Shown in pieces: positions 30,795 to 42,273 of a stretch of 64,000 nt of DNA. Position numbers and translations under genes: made by a program. The stretch's first letter is position 1. Every line of letters begins with the position of its first letter. Under the pieces are notes generated by a model that worked only from the letters and a program-made list of their open reading frames with translations, was not told the origin of the DNA and did no database searches. Origin of the DNA: Acidimicrobiia bacterium (GTDB lineage: Bacteria > Actinomycetota > Acidimicrobiia > Acidimicrobiales > CAIXPF01); the NCBI GenBank assembly GCA_947476745.1, contig CANJRG010000012.1:20256-84255 (forward strand), written 5' to 3'.

Positions 30795-32024
30795 TCACCC
30801 GGTGATGGTCGAGCGGATCAGCTCGACCCGTGTCTCGCTGTTGTTGACGTCCTCGCCTTGGTCCTCGAGAAGCCGCTGACGATCCTTGCGGGCCTCGCGT
30901 TCGGCGACCGCAGTGTCGGCACGGGCGAGGGCCGCATCGACCCCGTGCTCGTGGATGAACTCCGCCCACTCCACGAGCGCCTCGACCATGTTCCCCTCTG
31001 GCACCACCGCAACGTTGCGGCCCCGCACGAATAGATGGCCCCGCTTGTTGCCGGCGGCGATGCCGATGTCCGCGTCGCGGGCCTCACCCGGACCGTTCAC
31101 CACGCAGCCCATGACCGCGACCTGAAGCGGAATCTGTCGCTCGCCAAAGGCCTCCATGGCCCGGGTCGCGACGTCGATCACGTCGATCTCGGCCCGGCCG
31201 CAGGACGGGCAGGCGATGAGATCGATGCCCTTGCGTTCCCGCAGGCCCATAGCCTCGAGCAGCTGACGACCGGCGCGGGCCTCTTCGACGGGGTCCGCGG
31301 TCAACGAGTAGCGGATGGTGTCGCCGATACCCTCGGCGAGGAGGGTGGCGATCCCAGCGGTGGCCTTGACGATGCCAGCCGGTGGCGGGCCCGCCTCGGT
31401 CACCCCGAGGTGAAGCGGGAAATCGGTCGCCTCGGACAGTTGTCGGTAGGCCTCGATGGTCAACGGGACGTTGGAGGCCTTCACCGAGATCTTCACCAGG
31501 TCGAAATCCACGTCCGCGAAGTAGGCGAGCTCCCTCATGGCCGACTCCACCATCGCTTCCGGGGTGACCTGGCCGCCGTACTTGCGGTATAACGATTCGT
31601 CGAGCGAGCCGCCGTTCACCCCGATCCGGATGGAGATACCCCGGTCGCGACAGGCCGCGGCAACCGCCTTGATGTGTTCGGGCCGTCGGATGTTGCCAGG
31701 GTTGAGACGGAGACCGTGCACCCCGGCCTCGAGGGCGGCGAGCGCCATCCGATGATTGTTGTGGATGTCCGCGATGATGGGAATCGGAGACCGCGGCACG
31801 ATGCGGGCCAGGCCTTCGGCGGCCTCCGCCTCATTGCAGGTGCAACGGACGATGTCGCAGCCGGCGCCGGCCAGGGCGTAGATCTGGGCCAGGGTGCCCT
31901 CGACATCGGCCGTCTTGGTCGTCGTCATCGATTGCACACTGATCGGCGCGTCACCGCCGACGGCAACCGCTCCGACCTGGATTTGGCGGGTCTTCCGCCG
32001 GGGAAAGCTGGTTTCGAACTGCAA
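30795..32024 (-). CDS. ispG: 4-hydroxy-3-methylbut-2-en-1-yl diphosphate synthase
   Basis: 409 aa. SVQSMTTT, ADIHNNHRMAL and CPSCGR cluster ligands. Confidence 0.95.
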   Translation of the reverse strand: MQFETSFPRRKTRQIQVGAVAVGGDAPISVQSMTTTKTADVEGTLAQIYALAGAGCDIVRCTCNEAEAAEGLARIVPRSPIPIIADIHNNHRMALAALEAGVHGLRLNPGNIRRPEHIKAVAAACRDRGISIRIGVNGGSLDESLYRKYGGQVTPEAMVESAMRELAYFADVDFDLVKISVKASNVPLTIEAYRQLSEATDFPLHLGVTEAGPPPAGIVKATAGIATLLAEGIGDTIRYSLTADPVEEARAGRQLLEAMGLRERKGIDLIACPSCGRAEIDVIDVATRAMEAFGERQIPLQVAVMGCVVNGPGEARDADIGIAAGNKRGHLFVRGRNVAVVPEGNMVEALVEWAEFIHEHGVDAALARADTAVAEREARKDRQRLLEDQGEDVNNSETRVELIRSTITG

Positions 32025-32033
32025 CGGGGCCTC

Positions 32034-33320
32034 TCAGGGCAGGTGTACCGGGTTGACGAAATCGAGGTAGAACGACGACAGGCCGATCATCACCAGCAGG
32101 GCCACCACAGCGTAGGTGAGCGGCAGCAGGCGCCCCACGTCGGTGAAGTACCGGCGACCGTCGCGACGCAGCAGCTCACGGACCCGCTCATAGGTGGCGA
32201 TGGCGATGTGGCCGCCGTCGAAGGGCAGCAACGGGATCAGGTTGAACATCCCGATGAAAATGTTGAGCATGGCCAGGAAGCCCAAGGCAGGAGCGATGCC
32301 CTCACGGGTCAGATCCACACCGAGCCGGGCCGCCCCGTAGATGGACAAGAAGCGGTTCTCCCCACCTCCGCCGCTGCTCGACCCAGCAGCGTCCGTGCTC
32401 GGCTCGGGCCGCCCCTGGGCCACCTGCTGGGCAAAGCTGCCGAGCCCGGCCGGTGTGAACAGCTGCACCATGCCCTTCACCGAAGCCGCAGCGACGTCAC
32501 CGAACTCCCGGACCGTCTGGCCCACCGCCGCGATCGGCCCGACCCGCTCCGGCGGGAAGGACGGACCGACCCCGAGCTGGCCCTCCTGCGGCCTCACCGG
32601 ATTGGCCCCGATGGTGACCTCGACCGATGCGGTGACCCCGTTGCGCTCGAACACGATCGGCACGGTCTGGCCCTGCAACGGAAGGATCACGTCCCGCATG
32701 TCGTTCCAATCGGCGACGCCGGACCTGTTGATCGTGATCAATCGGTCCCCTGGCTGCAGACCCGCGACCTCGGCGGAGCTGCCCGGGGAAACGGCCCTCA
32801 CCTCCCAGTTGTCGAGCTTTGGGCGCCCCACACCGACAAGCACCCCGTAGATCAGCACCAGCGCAAGCAGAAAGTGCATGGTTGAACCGGCAGCGGCCAT
32901 GACCACCCTCTGGCGGTACGTCTTCTGCCGGTAGGTGCGCTGCTCATCAGCCGCGTCGACCTCGTCGAGGTTGTACATCCCGACGACCTTGACGTACGCG
33001 CCGGCCGGGATCGCCTTGATGCCGTACTCGGTCTCCCCCCGCCGGATACTCCAGATGCGCGGCCCAAAGCCCAGGAAGAACTGGGTCACCTTCATTCCGG
33101 CGTGCTTCGCGGTCAAGAAATGCCCGAGTTCGTGCAGGAAGATCATCGCCACTATCGACCCGATGATGAACAGCCAGGGCAGGCCTCCCTGCACCCCGAC
33201 TACCGCCACCACCGCGGCGAGCAAAGCGATCCGGATCAGGCTGGTGCGCGTGGGTTCGGCTTGGCCCGGCTCGGGCAAAGCCGAATCGTCCGGTTCGGGC
33301 GGGGCTTCGCTGATCGCCAT
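32034..33320 (-). CDS. rseP: Site-2 (RIP) zinc metalloprotease, M50 family, with PDZ domain
   Basis: ATG 33320 is preceded by AAGGAGGA. HELGHFLTAKHAGM HExxH motif, a PDZ segment and NLIPLLPFDGGH. Confidence 0.88.
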   Translation of the reverse strand: MAISEAPPEPDDSALPEPGQAEPTRTSLIRIALLAAVVAVVGVQGGLPWLFIIGSIVAMIFLHELGHFLTAKHAGMKVTQFFLGFGPRIWSIRRGETEYGIKAIPAGAYVKVVGMYNLDEVDAADEQRTYRQKTYRQRVVMAAAGSTMHFLLALVLIYGVLVGVGRPKLDNWEVRAVSPGSSAEVAGLQPGDRLITINRSGVADWNDMRDVILPLQGQTVPIVFERNGVTASVEVTIGANPVRPQEGQLGVGPSFPPERVGPIAAVGQTVREFGDVAAASVKGMVQLFTPAGLGSFAQQVAQGRPEPSTDAAGSSSGGGGENRFLSIYGAARLGVDLTREGIAPALGFLAMLNIFIGMFNLIPLLPFDGGHIAIATYERVRELLRRDGRRYFTDVGRLLPLTYAVVALLVMIGLSSFYLDFVNPVHLP

Positions 33321-33369
33321 GCGGTCCTCCTTCGATGGTCGTGGACGTCTCCGACGGGCCCGCGAACCC

Positions 33370-34521
33370 TCAGAACCGGGAACCCAGCACCTCTGCCGCG
33401 ATACGACGGGCGGCGCCGTCAGCCTCGACAACGTCCTCGACCGTCAGCGCCTTCCCGCCATCATGGCGGCTCATGACCTCCTGCAGGACCTCGGCGATCG
33501 CGATCCAGGGAATTCGACCCGCCAGGAAGGCCGCCACCACGGCTTCATTCGCGCCGTTGAGCCACGCAGCAGCAGTTCCGCCGGTCCGGCTGGCGGCGTA
33601 GGCAAGATCGAGACACGGGAAGCGGACGCGATCCGGCGGTTCGAAGGTGAGCGACCCCAGGGTCGCCCAGTCAATTCGGCCATACGCATGATCGAACCGC
33701 TCCGGGTATGCCAGAGCGTAGGCAACCGGCAGACGCATATCGGGCATCGACAGCTGTGCCACGGTCGACCCGTCGGTGAACTCGACCATGGAGTGCACGA
33801 TCGACTGGGGATGCACGACCACCTCGATGCGATCCACCTCGATGTCGAACAACTCCTTGGCCTCGATGACCTCGAGGCCCTTGTTCATCAACGTCGAGCT
33901 GTCGACGGTGATCTTCGGGCCCATCTGCCAGGTCGGATGGGCCAACGCATCCTCGATGGTCACAGAAGCGAGGGTTTCCGGGGTCGCGGTGCGGAACGGC
34001 CCCCCGCTCGCGGTGAGCAGGAGCCGGGCCACCTCGGCATTGCCACGGCCAGATCGCAGACATTGGTGCAGCGCAGAGTGCTCGCTGTCGACCGGGACCA
34101 TCTCGGCGCCCGGAGTCCCCAGAACGGTGCGCACCACCGGCCCGCCCGCCACCAGGGACTCCTTGTTGGCCAGCGCAAGACGCCGGCCTGCGCCCAACGC
34201 CGCCATGGTCACGCCGAGGCCGGCGAAACCGACCACGGCGTTGAGGACCACGTCGCAGAGCCGGGCGGCCTCGGCGAGCGCCTCGGGACCGACCCACAAC
34301 GCAGTGCCGCGCGGCAGTCGGGCAGCCACAGCGGAGGCGGCGTGTTCGTCGACCAGAACCGCTATCTCAGGCCGGAACTCCTCGGCCTGGGCCACCAGTG
34401 CATCGGCGGAGGAATGAGCCCCGATGCAGCGCACGTCGAAATGGCCCGGCCGGCCGCGGACCACGTCGAGCGTCTGGGTCCCGACCGAACCGGTCGAGCC
34501 GAGCACGGCCAGCGTCGTCAC
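33370..34521 (-). CDS. dxr: 1-deoxy-D-xylulose 5-phosphate reductoisomerase
   Basis: 383 aa. LGSTGSVGTQTLDV, LANKESLV and PVDSEHSA motifs. Confidence 0.95.
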   Translation of the reverse strand: MTTLAVLGSTGSVGTQTLDVVRGRPGHFDVRCIGAHSSADALVAQAEEFRPEIAVLVDEHAASAVAARLPRGTALWVGPEALAEAARLCDVVLNAVVGFAGLGVTMAALGAGRRLALANKESLVAGGPVVRTVLGTPGAEMVPVDSEHSALHQCLRSGRGNAEVARLLLTASGGPFRTATPETLASVTIEDALAHPTWQMGPKITVDSSTLMNKGLEVIEAKELFDIEVDRIEVVVHPQSIVHSMVEFTDGSTVAQLSMPDMRLPVAYALAYPERFDHAYGRIDWATLGSLTFEPPDRVRFPCLDLAYAASRTGGTAAAWLNGANEAVVAAFLAGRIPWIAIAEVLQEVMSRHDGGKALTVEDVVEADGAARRIAAEVLGSRF

Positions 34522-34543
34522 CGTCGTCCGTCCGAACGAGCGG

Positions 34544-36142
34544 TCACGTTGGGATCACGTCGAGCAACAGCGCCAGGAAGTACACCGCTGGCAGCACGAA
34601 CAACAGCGTGTCGAACCGATCGAGCACTCCCCCGTGCCCGGGCAGGATCGTTCCCATGTCCTTGATACCCAGATCGCGCTTGATCAGCGACTCGGCCAGG
34701 TCACCGAGCGGCGCCATGAACGCCACCACGAGGCCTAACTCCAGAGCCGCGCCAAACCCGTGCCAGGGGTTGGCACCGAGGATCTGGTTGAACACCAGCG
34801 AGGCCACGACGGCACCTATCACCCCGCCGACAAGGCCTTCCACCGTCTTGTTCGGGCTCACGTGCGGCATGAGCGGAGTGCGGCCGGCGTTTCGGCCCAC
34901 CGTGTAGGCGAAGACGTCGTGGGCCACCACCGGAACGATCGCCCCGAGCAGGATTCGTGTGGAATCGACACCGGGAGCCCGCAGGATGAGCGCAGCGATC
35001 GACCCGAAGCCCCCGACGTATGCCGTGCCGAGCAAGGTCACGCCGAGATCCGCTGTGACCTGCTCCTGGTCCACCCCGAACAGGAACCACAACAGCCCGG
35101 CGACGACGACCAGGCCACCGACGATCGGATAGGCCGCATCGCCACGCCAGTACACGGCGGCGGGCAGACCGACAGACGCCGTGAGGCCCAACAGTGTCGC
35201 CGGGCGATAGCCGCCCCGACGGGCGGCGTCGAAGAACTCGGCGCCGCCGACGCCCAGCAGGACCAGCACGAACGCCATCGTCGCACCCGGCCCGATGCGG
35301 AACAGCACCAGCGCCAGGGCAGCCAGACCGACTCCGAGGCCGATCGCAGCCGGGACGTTGCGTCCGCCGCGGGCCGCCGGAGCTCCGGGCAGAGAGGCTG
35401 GACCGGGGTCGGGAACGATGCGATGCTCACCGGTGTGCGAGCGATCGCGGTCGGTGCCGCGCCGCCCCGTCCGGGGCCGAGACGTACGAGAGATCGGCTC
35501 GCTGTCATCGAGTTCATCGAAGGCGAAGAACTCGTCGATCGCCGGCCGCTCGCGTTCTGCGAGGGCACCGACCCGCGGCTCGTCGTGGGCCAGATCGGCC
35601 AGGGACGACCCGCTGTCCTCATCCCGACCGCTGGCGCCGTCGTCTCGCCAGCGTGGTGCCGACGCGTAGGTCAACCACGAATCGTCCTTGCGGGTTTCGT
35701 CGATGAGCACCCGAGGCACCTGGCCGGTGGGCGGCTCGGTCCAGTGCGGCAGTTCGAGTTCCTGGGACACGTCAACGAACGGCTCGGCATCGGGCACCGA
35801 GGCGATCATGCTCGGGCGACTCGACAAGTTCGAATCGCCGCGTCCCAGCCCCGACGCATCCTCGTCAGGGGCGGAAACCTCGTCACGCTTGGAGGAATCG
35901 CTCTCGTCCGAGGATCGTCGCGCGGGGACCGCCCAGTCATCCACCTCGTCGGTTGCGTCCGGCACGGACTCGAAAACAGGCTTCGGCGTGGACCGCACCG
36001 TGGCACCGGGCGCCCAAGAGTCGTCACTGTCCGGGAGGCCCACGAGTGTGCCGGCCTCTTCTGCGCCCACGATCCGCAAGGGTTCGGATCGGGCGGGCCC
36101 AGAGGGGCCTCTCGGGTTGTCTGGATCGATTTTGTCGCTCAC
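34544..36142 (-). CDS. cdsA: Phosphatidate cytidylyltransferase with a ~250-aa acidic, low-complexity N-terminal extension
   Basis: The C-terminal ~280 aa are polytopic, with SLIKRDLGIKDMGTILPGHGGVLDRFD (CDS signature). The N-terminal half is Asp/Ser/Pro-rich and has no stop separating it. Confidence 0.85.
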   Translation of the reverse strand: MSDKIDPDNPRGPSGPARSEPLRIVGAEEAGTLVGLPDSDDSWAPGATVRSTPKPVFESVPDATDEVDDWAVPARRSSDESDSSKRDEVSAPDEDASGLGRGDSNLSSRPSMIASVPDAEPFVDVSQELELPHWTEPPTGQVPRVLIDETRKDDSWLTYASAPRWRDDGASGRDEDSGSSLADLAHDEPRVGALAERERPAIDEFFAFDELDDSEPISRTSRPRTGRRGTDRDRSHTGEHRIVPDPGPASLPGAPAARGGRNVPAAIGLGVGLAALALVLFRIGPGATMAFVLVLLGVGGAEFFDAARRGGYRPATLLGLTASVGLPAAVYWRGDAAYPIVGGLVVVAGLLWFLFGVDQEQVTADLGVTLLGTAYVGGFGSIAALILRAPGVDSTRILLGAIVPVVAHDVFAYTVGRNAGRTPLMPHVSPNKTVEGLVGGVIGAVVASLVFNQILGANPWHGFGAALELGLVVAFMAPLGDLAESLIKRDLGIKDMGTILPGHGGVLDRFDTLLFVLPAVYFLALLLDVIPT

Positions 36143-36253
36143 GCGGACCCTCCTGTCAGGACACGCCCAACCGGGGATACGACCTACAACCTGCAGGTCA
36201 ATCTTGCAACGGACCGCCCGGTATCCGAGGTCGGCCCACCTTCACGGTGCTGT

Positions 36254-38363
<2,110 letters not shown>

Positions 38364-38398
38364 GCTCGTTCCTCGCTCGAGATCGTGTCGGATGTGAT

Positions 38399-38426
38399 GG
38401 GCGCGGCAGCAACCGCTACCGCGCCC
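38399..38426 (-). other. GC-rich stem-loop between rpsB and tsf
   Basis: GGGCGCGG...CCGCGCCC forms an 8-bp perfect outer stem, with 3 further inner pairs after one mismatch. No U-tract follows. Confidence 0.5.
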
Positions 38427-38447
38427 AGAGACGTGTTGTCGGCTGAC

Positions 38448-39323
38448 TCAGCCCTCGGTGGCCGGAGCCTCGGTCGCCGGGGCCTCGGCGACCTTCTGAG
38501 CGGCGATACGCGCCTCGCGTTCGGCAGCCGCCGCGGCCGCCTGGCGGCGGGCATCGGCCTGTGCGGCCTCGCGGGCGGCTTCCTCCTCGAAACTCATGCG
38601 TCGCGGAGCGGGACCAGCGCCGTTGCCTACCTTGCGGGACCGGATGAAGTGCCCTTCCTCCACCGCGTCGGCGATGACCCGGCACATGAGACTGCCCGCA
38701 CGAATGGCATCGTCGTTGCCCGGGATCACGTACTTAATAATGTCGGGATCGCAGTTGGTGTCCACGACCGCCACAACCGGGATGCCGAGCTTGTTGGCCT
38801 CGGTGACGCCGATCGCTTCCTTCTTGGTGTCGATCACGAACACCATGTCCGGCAGCTTCGCGAGGTTACGAATACCCGACAGGTTGCGCTCGAGCTTCTC
38901 GAGTTCCCGGGAGATGAGCAGCGCTTCCTTCTTGTGCATCATCTCGAACTCGCCGGAGTCCCGCATGCGCTGGTACTCCTTCATTTTCCCGACCCGCTTC
39001 AACATGGTCTGGTAGTTGGTGAGCATGCCGCCGAGCCAGCGCTCGTTGATGTAGGGCATGCCACACTTCTCGGCATAGGAACGCACCGCGTCCTGGGCCT
39101 GCTTCTTCGTGCCGATGAACAGAATCGTGCCGCCGTCGGCGACGAGGTCACGCACGGCCGTGTAGGCGACTTCCACACGACCGAGCGTCTGCTCGAGGTC
39201 GATGATGTAGATGCCATTGCGCTCGCCCCAGATGAACCGCTTCATCTTGGGGTTCCAGCGCCGGGTCTGGTGTCCGAAATGGACGCCGGCGTCGAGGAGT
39301 TGCTTCATCGTGACAACGGACAT
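38448..39323 (-). CDS. rpsB: 30S ribosomal protein S2 with an Ala/Glu-rich C-terminal tail
   Basis: ATG 39323 is preceded by [34 protein letters not shown]. Confidence 0.95.
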   Translation of the reverse strand: MSVVTMKQLLDAGVHFGHQTRRWNPKMKRFIWGERNGIYIIDLEQTLGRVEVAYTAVRDLVADGGTILFIGTKKQAQDAVRSYAEKCGMPYINERWLGGMLTNYQTMLKRVGKMKEYQRMRDSGEFEMMHKKEALLISRELEKLERNLSGIRNLAKLPDMVFVIDTKKEAIGVTEANKLGIPVVAVVDTNCDPDIIKYVIPGNDDAIRAGSLMCRVIADAVEEGHFIRSRKVGNGAGPAPRRMSFEEEAAREAAQADARRQAAAAAAEREARIAAQKVAEAPATEAPATEG

Positions 39324-39408
39324 AGTGGGATCTCCTTCGGTTGTGCTCAGCCGTCGCCGGCGCCTGAGGCGACCGAAGTGGGCGACGACCGAAGATGCGG
39401 TGGAATGA

Positions 39409-39437
39409 CTCACGGGTCTCAGTACAAAACCCGTGAG
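39409..39437 (-). terminator. Stem-loop immediately downstream of the LytM-domain gene (possible terminator)
   Basis: 9-bp perfect stem CTCACGGGT/ACCCGTGAG with an 11-nt loop, 11 nt after the TAG stop. No clear U-tract. The locally AT-richer patch may also hold the rpsB promoter. Confidence 0.4.
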
Positions 39438-39448
39438 AGTTTAGCGGA

Positions 39449-39964
39449 CTACTCGCACCGCGAGGAGCCCGGCCGGCAAACCGGGCAAGCGGCGCCCGGC
39501 GGAGCGACGTCCGCCCCGACGAGGCGCGGACGCAGCGAAGCACCGAGATAGGGCGCTGGGTCGAGATAGAGGCCGTTGCGTCGGAACCCCAATTGGAACC
39601 GATACGTCGCAGTACCGAGCAACTGGCCAGCCGCCACCGTGTCGCCGCGATCGACCACGACACCGCTCAGGTAGGAGTACGAAGACACCAGCCCGTCGGC
39701 ATGCGCCACGCTGACTGCCATCTGACCGGCCACCAGCCCGGCGAAGAGCACCCTGCCCGCCCCTACCACCCGGACCGGTTGGCCGATGGCCGTTCGATAC
39801 TCCAGCCCGCGGTTTCCCGGGCCATAGGGCCCGAAGGGCATCGAAAACCCGGCGACCACCGGCGCAGCAACGGGAGCACGGTAGGGCGCACGGGCGCACA
39901 CCGGGGAAGCGACGGACAAGGCCACCGCCAGCACGGACGAACGAACAACCTCGACGACGAGCAC
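39449..39964 (-). CDS. Secreted LytM/M23-domain protein with a degenerate active site
   Basis: GTG 39964 or 39967 lies just after GAAGGAG. Signal-like N-terminus (VVRSSVLAVALSVASPVCARA). M23 fold motifs are present but the ligands are replaced: NRGLEY for HxGxD, YSYLS for YxHL, and YRFQLGF for PHLHFEV. Confidence 0.7.
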   Translation of the reverse strand: MLVVEVVRSSVLAVALSVASPVCARAPYRAPVAAPVVAGFSMPFGPYGPGNRGLEYRTAIGQPVRVVGAGRVLFAGLVAGQMAVSVAHADGLVSSYSYLSGVVVDRGDTVAAGQLLGTATYRFQLGFRRNGLYLDPAPYLGASLRPRLVGADVAPPGAACPVCRPGSSRCE

Positions 39965-40038
39965 CACATCTCCTTCGTCATACGGACGCAGGACGCGTCC
40001 GCTCGATCGAAGGGCCCGGGGCCCCGAGTCATCAGCCC

Positions 40039-40851
40039 TCAACGAGTGGCGGTGCCCGAACGCTGCGGGTATTGGGGTTCGCTGGAGGCCCGCTGCAGGA
40101 AGATCCGCAGCTGCATGACCGCCTTGGTGTGGATCTGACACACCCGGCTCTCGGTCACGCCGATGACCTTGCCGATCTCGGCGAGCGTGAAGTGCTCGAA
40201 GTAGTAGAGGACCAGGACGAGCTTCTCCCGCTCACCCATGCCGTTGATGCCCGAGGCGAGGAGCTGCTTCATCTCCTTGCTCTCGAAGAGGCTCACCGGC
40301 CCGTCGGAGGAATCGGGGATCGTGTCGATCAACGCAACGGACTCGTTGCGGTCACCGGCGCCGCTCAACATCTCGTCGAGGGCAATCAGGCCGACCCCGG
40401 AGATCTGCGACAGCATCGTCTGCAACTGGGGGATCGCGATACCGAGTTCTTCCGCCAACTCGGATTCGGTCGGGGTCCGACCGTGTTCGCTCTCCAGCTT
40501 GGTGAGCGCCTTCTCGATGGAACGCGCCTTGGCCCGCACCGATCGGGGTACCCAGTCGTAGCTGCGCAGTTCGTCGAGGATCGCTCCCTTGATCCGCTGC
40601 ATGGCGTAGGTCTCGAACTTGTTGCCGCGTTCAGGGTCGAAGCGGTCGATGGCGTCGATCAGACCGAAGATCCCGTAACTCACGAGGTCGGCCTGCTCGA
40701 CGTTCTGCGGCAGACCCGCGGCGAGTCGGCTGGCCACGAACTTCACCAGCGGCGCGTAGTGGACGATGAGGCGGTCCCGAGTCTCCTGGTCGCGCATCGC
40801 GGCGTACTTCCACCACAACTCCTCGACCCTGTCGTCAAGCTCGAGCGCCAC
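40039..40851 (-). CDS. whiG: FliA/WhiG-family (sigma-28 type) RNA polymerase sigma factor
   Basis: GTG 40851 is preceded by GGAGGA. DLVSYGIFGLIDAIDRFDPERGNKFETYA (region 2) and LAEIGKVIGVTESRVCQIHTKAV (region 4.2). Confidence 0.85.
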   Translation of the reverse strand: MALELDDRVEELWWKYAAMRDQETRDRLIVHYAPLVKFVASRLAAGLPQNVEQADLVSYGIFGLIDAIDRFDPERGNKFETYAMQRIKGAILDELRSYDWVPRSVRAKARSIEKALTKLESEHGRTPTESELAEELGIAIPQLQTMLSQISGVGLIALDEMLSGAGDRNESVALIDTIPDSSDGPVSLFESKEMKQLLASGINGMGEREKLVLVLYYFEHFTLAEIGKVIGVTESRVCQIHTKAVMQLRIFLQRASSEPQYPQRSGTATR

Positions 40852-41004
40852 GTTCGTTCCTCCGCCGATGAGGATCACCCGGCCGACCTTGCGGCGTCGT
40901 CACCACGCCGCGTCGGAGGCATCATCATCAGTCGATGTCGTTCCAACCAACCCTTACTCACCACAGGTTACCGACTGACCGCACAAAGTGGGCGAATTTT
41001 GGCC

Positions 41005-42273
41005 TCAGGGCTCGGCTGAATCCCCTCGCTGGGTGAGCCAGAGACCGTCCTGCGTGACCAGATTGCGCCGCCTGAGACGGTCGAGCACCGTGCACACGAC
41101 CTCGATCGGCCAACCGGTGCGATGCACGAGGTCATCGAGCACCGTGGGCTCCCATCCGAGTGCGTCGAGCACCACCTGCTCGTCCGGATCGACGGCGGAC
41201 GCACGGCCACGGGCAGACCCGGCGTGACCGGGCCGGCCTTCTCGCTCGGGGAGCGGAACCGGCCGGCGGCTGCCGAGCGCGCTCAACACGTCGTCGACGC
41301 CAACCGCGATGCCGGCACCTTCGGCGATGAGCCGATGGGTACCGGCTGACGCCGGTGAGTGCACCGAACCCGGAACAGCGAGCACCATCCGGTCGCGGGC
41401 GGCTGCCTCCTCGGCGGTGGACAGCGATCCGCCCCGTTCATGCGACTCGATCACGACGACCACATCGGCCAGAGCAGCGATGATTCGGTTCCGGGCCGGG
41501 AAACGCCAGGGTTCGGGTTTGGTCCCCAAGGGCGCCTCGCTGAGGATCAACCCGGTATCAGCGACCCGTCTCCACAACGCGCGGCTCGACGCCGGATAGA
41601 CCACGTCGAGCCCCGTCCCCACCACCGCGATCGGGGCGACGGTGAACCCCGGTCCGGCACCGGCGTCGAGGGTGCCCTGATGTGCTGCAGCGTCGATCCC
41701 GGCGGCGAGGCCGGACACCACCGCCACCCCTGACGAGGCCAACGCAGCGCCCCATTTCCTGGCCAGCACCAGCCCGTACGGCGTCGCTCGGCGGGTCCCC
41801 ACCAGGGCGACAGCGGGTCGGCCGAGAAGGCCGAGGTCCCCCCGGCCGAACAGCACGTGGGGCGGTTCGGGATCGTCGACCAGACGGTCTGGGTAACCGA
41901 CCTTCCCCTTCACCAGCACGTCGACACCCTCGGATCGGTGGGCCTTCCACCGGGCAACCGGGTCGACCCCGGTGGCAGCCTCCCTCCATCTCGCCGCGAG
42001 GTTGCTGGAGCTGCCCTGTCGCCCTGGGGCACCGACAACAGGGGCAGGTGCCCCCGCCGTGACCTGATGCCACGCCCGCTCCCCCGAGCCGCACCAGGTC
42101 AGGAGACGTTCCAGACGGGCCGGCCCCATCCCCGGCAACGCCAGCAGCGCCACCACACAGGCCGCGTGCAGATCCACGTCGGGAGGGTTCCCACCGAACC
42201 GCGCCCGGCTTGGCGCCGACCCCGTGCCCGGCAGTTCGTTCAGCGGCTCGTCGCCGAGTTGCATCCCGCTCAC
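41005..42273 (-). CDS. dprA: DNA-processing protein DprA (Smf)
   Basis: 422 aa. VALVGTRRATPYG, VVSGLAAGIDAAAHQG and FPARNRIIAALADVVVVIE. Confidence 0.9.
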   Translation of the reverse strand: MSGMQLGDEPLNELPGTGSAPSRARFGGNPPDVDLHAACVVALLALPGMGPARLERLLTWCGSGERAWHQVTAGAPAPVVGAPGRQGSSSNLAARWREAATGVDPVARWKAHRSEGVDVLVKGKVGYPDRLVDDPEPPHVLFGRGDLGLLGRPAVALVGTRRATPYGLVLARKWGAALASSGVAVVSGLAAGIDAAAHQGTLDAGAGPGFTVAPIAVVGTGLDVVYPASSRALWRRVADTGLILSEAPLGTKPEPWRFPARNRIIAALADVVVVIESHERGGSLSTAEEAAARDRMVLAVPGSVHSPASAGTHRLIAEGAGIAVGVDDVLSALGSRRPVPLPEREGRPGHAGSARGRASAVDPDEQVVLDALGWEPTVLDDLVHRTGWPIEVVCTVLDRLRRRNLVTQDGLWLTQRGDSAEP

